Source: Leptonemataceae bacterium (GTDB taxonomy: Bacteria; Spirochaetota; Leptospiria; Leptospirales; Leptonemataceae). Taken from it: a DNA stretch of 64,000 nt. Every line of letters begins with the position of its first letter. The first letter of the stretch is position 1. The translations under genes were made by a program, and so were the position numbers. The DNA lies in NCBI GenBank assembly GCA_965227295.1, contig OZ245742.1, forward strand, positions 1,248,001-1,312,000. Direction: 5' to 3'. Positions 58,760 to 64,000 of the stretch are shown one piece after another. The notes below the pieces were generated by a model, which saw only the letters and a list, made by a program, of their open reading frames with translations, was not told the origin of the DNA and did no database searches.

Positions 58760-60967
58760 TCAAAACGGCCGCACGAAACCTTTCTCCCGCAGCCGGAACG
58801 GATCGAGCCGTTCCGCGTTCTTTTTATGATTCGTGACAGCGTCCGCCGACAGGCCGATCTCCGCGCCGATTTGCGCGAGGCGTGCGTGACAGTGCGCTGC
58901 CGTAACTTTCCAGGAACTACAGTTACGAAAAAGTTCCGCCGCCGCGTGTAAATCCTGTTCCGCGGCCGGACTTGCGACGGCAAGGTGGCGGGCCCGGAGC
59001 AAATGGCTTTCGCCGGCCAGGTTTTCCAGTTCGGCGTCCGCAGGATACAACGTGCGCGCCCACCGGAGCCACGGCAACGCCGAATCCACGGCGGCCGCAA
59101 CCGCCGCGGGGTCTCCGGAACTTTCGGGATTCCGGGGTTTGAGTACCCACACGAGCCAGGCGTTCTTATGTCGATACGGCTCCAGTGCCTCCAGTGCCTG
59201 CTCGCGCGCAAAGACCGCGAAGCCATGATACGTGACACCGACGCAGAGGATGAGTGCGGCCACGGCCGGCCAGGTATTTCGGGGCGCAGGCGACGGCATT
59301 GGATCCGCATCCTGTTTCGATGAAGGCAATGCCAGAAGGACGGCTAACGCTACGAGCACCATGGCCGCATAGAACGGCTGAATGAAATGATAGTTCATAA
59401 GACCCTGGAGCAGAAACGAAACGAGGGCCGTGCCCGCGGCGAGGGCCAGTGTGCCTGGCAGGCCCGGGACGAATAGACTGCGCCGGGCCGACTCGATCGC
59501 GTAGGCCGTGAGAAAGAGGATCAGAGCGGCGAAGGGGATGCCTGCATCGAGGCACAGTTGCAGGAGCAGGTTGTGTGCGTGCAGTCCGGCTCCCTGCATA
59601 CGGTAGTCGTGGGCAAGATGATAGAAGCCCGCGCCGCGGAGATCCGGTATCGGCATCGCGGCCAGCACGGAGTAGTGATTCGCGCCCGTGCCGAACAACG
59701 GTACTTCGGCGATTGCATTCAGGGCCAGTGTCCATAAAGCGAATCGCTGGCGTAATGTCGTAAACAAAAAGAAGTCCGGGTCCGTGCTGCGATCTTTCAT
59801 GAACCACAACCAGACCACAACGCCGGCCATCAGCGCGAGAACGCCCGCACCCACGAAAACGATGCGCCGATGGGAACGGGCGGAATCCGGCTTAGATTCT
59901 TCTGAGTGTAATCTTACAAATGCGAGGGCGAACAGAAAAACCGCGATCGCCATTCCGCTGAGGTACGCGAAGCGCGCGGCCGTTGTTATGAGTAAAAAGC
60001 CCAGAACCGGGACGATCCCCAGGGCGACGCCCATGCCGATCCGGTGCGCAAACTTTTCGGTTTGCGGGCCGTGCTTCGAAAAGAGTGATCGCAAGATTGC
60101 CGGCACGGCAACGAGCAGGGGCAGCAGGAAAACCAGCCAGCCGCCGGCATCGTTGGAGTTGACGCCGCCCAGGCTGTCCTTCTTGGCAAAGAAAAGATCC
60201 ATTGTTGGAACGCTGCGAAAGAGATGCTGTGCGCCGACTGCGAGCCAGCCCAGGTTCAGCAAGCATACACCGATCCACACCAGCGCCGTGCCTGCCGCAT
60301 CTTCCCGGGCGCGGGCGTACGTAAATAAGAAGAGAAAGACGAGCACAATGCTCAGACCGACGGCCGGTATGCTCTGGTAGTAGTTGGGCGCTACCAGGCC
60401 GGCGATGACAAACCACAGCCAGGCCGAGCCCCCGGCAATCAAGAAGACCGGATGCCGCCGCCGCAAACTTTGTAGAACCTTTTGAAGATCGTCGGCGTAC
60501 TCTACGCCGAGGTACGCCGCGGCACAGACCAGCGGCAGGATGCCGCCGGGGTTCCAAACGTAGACCCACAAGAACGGAAACGATAAGAACCAGAGCAACG
60601 TCGCCAGAGCGACCATCCGCGGCGGAACCCCGCGCCAGATCGCGATTAACATTAGAAAAAAGTAAGCGTAGAACCAGAACCGGTGATAGAACCGCAGGCC
60701 CGTTATGCCGGTATCGATGTAAATCGACGCGGCCCGGACCGCCGTGACAAAAACCAACAGTGCGCCAAGACATGCGATAGCGGCGAATGCGTCTCGTCTG
60801 TTTTGATGAGATTGTTCGCCACCGAAGTAGCGTGCACCTGCCAGAGAGACGAGCAAGATCCCCAGGGTAGGCCACAGGAGTTCTCGTACAAAAGTGTACT
60901 GAACGCCCGCGGACAGGCCGCTGCAGAGCAACACGGCCAGAATCAATATCCGAAGGGCCCACATCAT
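58760..60967 (-). CDS. O-antigen ligase (Wzy_C) family membrane protein with TPR-like C-terminus
   Basis: RFALW..PLFGTG..HAHNLLLQLCLDAG; many TMs. Confidence 0.82.
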   Translation of the reverse strand: MMWALRILILAVLLCSGLSAGVQYTFVRELLWPTLGILLVSLAGARYFGGEQSHQNRRDAFAAIACLGALLVFVTAVRAASIYIDTGITGLRFYHRFWFYAYFFLMLIAIWRGVPPRMVALATLLWFLSFPFLWVYVWNPGGILPLVCAAAYLGVEYADDLQKVLQSLRRRHPVFLIAGGSAWLWFVIAGLVAPNYYQSIPAVGLSIVLVFLFLFTYARAREDAAGTALVWIGVCLLNLGWLAVGAQHLFRSVPTMDLFFAKKDSLGGVNSNDAGGWLVFLLPLLVAVPAILRSLFSKHGPQTEKFAHRIGMGVALGIVPVLGFLLITTAARFAYLSGMAIAVFLFALAFVRLHSEESKPDSARSHRRIVFVGAGVLALMAGVVVWLWFMKDRSTDPDFFLFTTLRQRFALWTLALNAIAEVPLFGTGANHYSVLAAMPIPDLRGAGFYHLAHDYRMQGAGLHAHNLLLQLCLDAGIPFAALILFLTAYAIESARRSLFVPGLPGTLALAAGTALVSFLLQGLMNYHFIQPFYAAMVLVALAVLLALPSSKQDADPMPSPAPRNTWPAVAALILCVGVTYHGFAVFAREQALEALEPYRHKNAWLVWVLKPRNPESSGDPAAVAAAVDSALPWLRWARTLYPADAELENLAGESHLLRARHLAVASPAAEQDLHAAAELFRNCSSWKVTAAHCHARLAQIGAEIGLSADAVTNHKKNAERLDPFRLREKGFVRPF

Positions 60968-61031
60968 AAAAAAAACATAGTGATTTAATCAAACGGTGTG
61001 CGTAAATATGATTTATAGTTGACGTTCACTC

Positions 61032-61391
61032 ATGGCCGGTGTCACTTTCGCACTCATGACTGAAACACAGAATCGCCCTCCGGAAAGTCAGGGCATCGCC
61101 ATTACTGAGGAGACTCGATTTCAAGCGCACGAAGATCTTTCGTGGCGTGAAATCGAAGGACAAATGGTTTGCATGAACCTGAAGTCCGGCGAGTACTTTA
61201 CGTTCAACGGAGTCGGCCGGGAAATCTGGCAGGCTGTTGCGGACGAGCGCGGTAATACGCGGGACATCGTCGCGAAGATTGTAAGTGAGTATGCGGTCGA
61301 AGAAAGTGTTGCGCAAAAGGATAGTAAAGAATTCTTAAGAAACTTGCTGGAAGCCGGTTTGATTCGGCCTGTGGATAGTCAACAAAATTGA
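61032..61391 (+). CDS. PqqD-family RiPP recognition element (RRE)
   Basis: WREIEGQMV..GEYFTFNGVGREIW..IVSEYAV....A..D...FL..L.EAGLI; start could be 61056. Confidence 0.92.
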   Translation: MAGVTFALMTETQNRPPESQGIAITEETRFQAHEDLSWREIEGQMVCMNLKSGEYFTFNGVGREIWQAVADERGNTRDIVAKIVSEYAVEESVAQKDSKEFLRNLLEAGLIRPVDSQQN

Positions 61392-61432
61392 TGAATCGTT
61401 CATCGACGACAGTTTAACTTTCGAGGGTAACT

Positions 61433-61585
61433 ATGAAAAACGAAAAGAAAAAGTATGAGTCGCCGTCACTGGAAAGCCGGAATGGCGGTAAAGACTACGC
61501 CGCTCCGACGTTCGAGCGCCACAATCCGCTCAACGAAGTGTCGGCAACCTACTACTATACGTACTACTACTATTACTACTACTGA
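61433..61585 (+). CDS. Putative RiPP precursor, 50 aa, poly-tyrosine core (below the ORF-track size cutoff)
   Basis: GAGGG RBS at 61423-61427; MKNEKKKYESPSLESRNGGKDYAAPTFERHNPLNEVSATYYYTYYYYYYY; fills the gap between the RRE and kinase genes. Confidence 0.88.
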   Translation: MKNEKKKYESPSLESRNGGKDYAAPTFERHNPLNEVSATYYYTYYYYYYY

Positions 61586-61594
61586 GAGAAAGCG

Positions 61595-62680
61595 GTGATC
61601 GGGTTACCGGGGCTTCCCATCGAAGTAGCCGGCCCGCCTTCTCCGGTGCGGGATGCAGTCGAAGCGGCTTTCGGCTTCTGCGCATTTCGAAATAGTAGCG
61701 ATACAAATCACATACGGCTGGAGGTTCGTTTTCTCGATAGCGAGTCCGAATCTCTGGCGGCCCGGGTTCCGGGATTCCTGAGCGCCCGCGTGGCGCTTCT
61801 GGAGCAGGAGCCTTCGCCCGTGTCCTCCGGTCTGGCTTACGTCAGTGAAGGGGGCAGCCGGCAGGGTTCCGGAACCGTCCTTGCAGATCCGCATTCCATA
61901 TGCGCGGCCTGGAGCGACTCCGCAGAGTCGCTGTCCTTATACGTCCGCAAGCGACGGCCAGAACCGGGCCTTTTGCCGTCCGTGCAAGCCCTGCTGATCC
62001 CCCTGCTGCGCGACCTTCTCCTTCGAAGAGATGCCTGTCTCCTTCATGCAGGCTCGGTCCGCACGCGGAACGATGAGGGATTGCTGGTCCTCGGAGATAA
62101 TGGAGCTGGAAAGACTACGGCCGTTCTGGCGCTGGCCCGGGCGGGAGGAGCCTTGCTTGCCGACGATCTGAACGTTTTGCGCAGGGCCGAGAGCGATGCT
62201 CGCCCATCGTTTGAAATCTGCGCGGTCCCGGAAGCGATCAATCTGACCGAGGACGAGAACACGGCGCGCTTTTTTCCGGAGCTGGCCGGTAGTCTGGGGC
62301 GAGCCCGGCCGGAGAACGATCGGCCGAAGGTAGCGGTTGCGCCCGATGAAGTCCTGCAACGACTCGGGGCGACGTCACGAACGGATCGTTGCTTCGCGAA
62401 CGGAGTTTTGATTCTGGATATCACGCCGGAGACTCCGTCCGCGTCGGAACGATTCGAAAGACTGCCGGCAGCACAGGTGTTGCCGTTGCTCCTGCGGGCC
62501 AACGTCTTCGCCGGTGGACAATCACCGGGAGCGGCCTTCGCAAATCTCGCGGAGTTTGTGGAAACCGTTCCGGGATACCGTGTGCGCACGGGGCCCGACC
62601 CGGCTGAAATGGCCCGGGAGATCTTGAACTACTTTGGGCATACACACGTAGCCGGGAGCATTCCCGGAGGGAGAGCATAA
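61595..62680 (+). CDS. HPr-kinase-related P-loop kinase
   Basis: LLHAGSV..GDNGAGKTT..LLADD. Confidence 0.87.
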   Translation: MIGLPGLPIEVAGPPSPVRDAVEAAFGFCAFRNSSDTNHIRLEVRFLDSESESLAARVPGFLSARVALLEQEPSPVSSGLAYVSEGGSRQGSGTVLADPHSICAAWSDSAESLSLYVRKRRPEPGLLPSVQALLIPLLRDLLLRRDACLLHAGSVRTRNDEGLLVLGDNGAGKTTAVLALARAGGALLADDLNVLRRAESDARPSFEICAVPEAINLTEDENTARFFPELAGSLGRARPENDRPKVAVAPDEVLQRLGATSRTDRCFANGVLILDITPETPSASERFERLPAAQVLPLLLRANVFAGGQSPGAAFANLAEFVETVPGYRVRTGPDPAEMAREILNYFGHTHVAGSIPGGRA

Positions 62681-64000
62681 ATGAACGCAAGCGCGGAGAA
62701 CACAGCACAGTCCTGGCCGCAAATGGAAGCCCTGCAGCGTCTCATGCGAGTCAGATCGCTGTTGCAAGACGGGCTGTCTTCGCTACCGGCCCTGATCGAC
62801 ATCCTGGCCGGCGACGATCCCACCGCGGCGGCCGAGGCGCACCAGGGTTTGATGGGCATGCTCCCGCTGGCATCCCTCTATGAACGGCGGCCCGAGGATT
62901 TTGTCGTCGCGGATGCGGACGAAATTCGCGCACCGATCCCGGATTGGCTGAAGGCGTCGTGTGATGGATGGGGGACCACGGAAGACTTCGCCTCTTTATG
63001 CGTGGAGCGTCTTGCGGAATTCCGCACCGGAGCACCGGAGCGTGCTCGCGTATTGCTGGAGCGCCTGGTAAACTTCTGGGGTATTCGGCGCCGGCTGGCC
63101 GAACTGCTCGAGGCGCGCGGTTTGAGCGATCTGCGCCGGACGTACGAAGAACTCATCGTCGAGACGGATGACATTCATTTTCCCGAGCAGATCTGCCTTT
63201 CGCCGACCCAGGCCTGTCAGCTCAAATGTTCGTTTTGTTACTCCGCGGATCTTCCTAATGTACACAAAGATGATATTAGCGACTCGAAGACACTTGAGCT
63301 GCTCGACTGGATGCATTCTAAGAACATTAAGCGTCTGAGTTTCGCCGGCGGCGAGCCCACATTGTTCCGCTACTTTCCGGCGCTCATTCGCAAAGCCGCC
63401 GAATACAAAATGGAAATCTTTCTTACGACGAACGGCCTCATGGCGCCGGCCGTCGTAGACGCGCTCATCGAAGTTCGACCGTTGTGCATCACCATGCATC
63501 TTACCGAAGAGGTTCTGGACGCACCGAAGCTCCTGGCACTCTTCGAACGCAACGCTCGGTCTTTCCTTGACCAGGGCATCTATACGATCATCCGGGCGAA
63601 CTTCATGGAGCCGGAGCAGGACCTGGAGCGCTACTTTCACACGGCGGAGAAACTGGGCATCAAAGAGATTCGTTGCGCCGTGCCCGTTCCCTCCGAACAA
63701 AGCGGTCACGATTACGTGCGCGAAGAGGACATGGACGCCATGGGGCGTTATCTCGGGGACTTCGTCGCCGGCGGGGCCCGGCGCGGTATCAAAACGGTAC
63801 TCAGTAAACCCTTTCCGGTCTGCAAACTTCCGGAGCACGCGGCGAAGGCCTTCCTGGCCAACGGCTCTCTCGGCGTGAATTGTCCGGTCCATCTTACGGA
63901 CTACTCGCACAACATCATGCTGTATCCGGACGGGAGTTTTTCGCCCTGCCTCGCTTTGAATATGAAGAGCGGCACGACCATCTACGATTATGACGGTGTC
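62681..64000 (+). CDS. Radical SAM enzyme with probable SPASM/twitch region (partial; absent from ORF track because no stop lies in the window)
   Basis: Open frame from ATG 62681 to the end; CQLKCSFC at 63215-63238, FAGGEP, TTNG, then NCPV..MLYPDGSFSPC. Confidence 0.92.
   Translation, partial: MNASAENTAQSWPQMEALQRLMRVRSLLQDGLSSLPALIDILAGDDPTAAAEAHQGLMGMLPLASLYERRPEDFVVADADEIRAPIPDWLKASCDGWGTTEDFASLCVERLAEFRTGAPERARVLLERLVNFWGIRRRLAELLEARGLSDLRRTYEELIVETDDIHFPEQICLSPTQACQLKCSFCYSADLPNVHKDDISDSKTLELLDWMHSKNIKRLSFAGGEPTLFRYFPALIRKAAEYKMEIFLTTNGLMAPAVVDALIEVRPLCITMHLTEEVLDAPKLLALFERNARSFLDQGIYTIIRANFMEPEQDLERYFHTAEKLGIKEIRCAVPVPSEQSGHDYVREEDMDAMGRYLGDFVAGGARRGIKTVLSKPFPVCKLPEHAAKAFLANGSLGVNCPVHLTDYSHNIMLYPDGSFSPCLALNMKSGTTIYDYDGV

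Noticed and set aside
61550-61582. (TAC)n run as a simple microsatellite or phase-variation tract
   Set aside because: In-frame synonymous TAT interruptions, RBS, leader motifs and gene context favour a coding poly-Tyr tract
61032-62680. Canonical lasso peptide cluster
   Set aside because: The predicted core lacks an Asp/Glu acceptor, and no lasso cyclase or B2 protease is seen in the window (downstream sequence unseen)
62996-63910. 304-aa minus-strand ORF
   Set aside because: Antisense shadow of the radical SAM gene
61032-64000. PQQ biosynthesis (pqqD/pqqE)
   Set aside because: No pqqB or pqqC, the peptide does not resemble the short PqqA, and a kinase intervenes; an ExxxxY spacing is present but not the PqqA ExxxY

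Overview
GC-rich bacterial chromosomal window. The flgK-flgL-fliW-csrA gene order and several lipoprotein-like repeat proteins suggest a spirochaete, possibly Leptospirales-like (inference). It contains a minus-strand nuoA-L complex I operon interrupted by an FG-GAP/integrin-like gene, housekeeping and stress genes (GST, nitrilase, RND permease, AcpH, nitroreductase, MCP, lipase, dinB, UDG), a DUF433/PIN toxin-antitoxin pair, a DabAB inorganic-carbon pump, flagellar genes, and an AT-richer colicin-E3-like toxin / small protein / ImmA-IrrE protease module. The most striking element is at the right end (about 55.7-64 kb): a RiPP-like cluster built around an unannotated 50-aa ORF (61433-61585, MKNEKKKYESPSLESRNGGKDYAAPTFERHNPLNEVSATYYYTYYYYYYY) with two YxxPx(L/F) leader motifs and a poly-tyrosine tail. 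It sits between a PqqD/RRE gene and an HprK-like kinase plus radical SAM enzyme, with an S26-peptidase/nucleotidyltransferase fusion, a methyltransferase and an O-antigen-ligase-like gene nearby. The cluster runs off the window end. Non-coding features include a REP/MITE-like 16-bp inverted-repeat family and a 331-bp-period tandem duplication. No rRNA, tRNA, CRISPR array, transposase or integrase was recognised. All calls come from reading motifs by eye; no searches were run.
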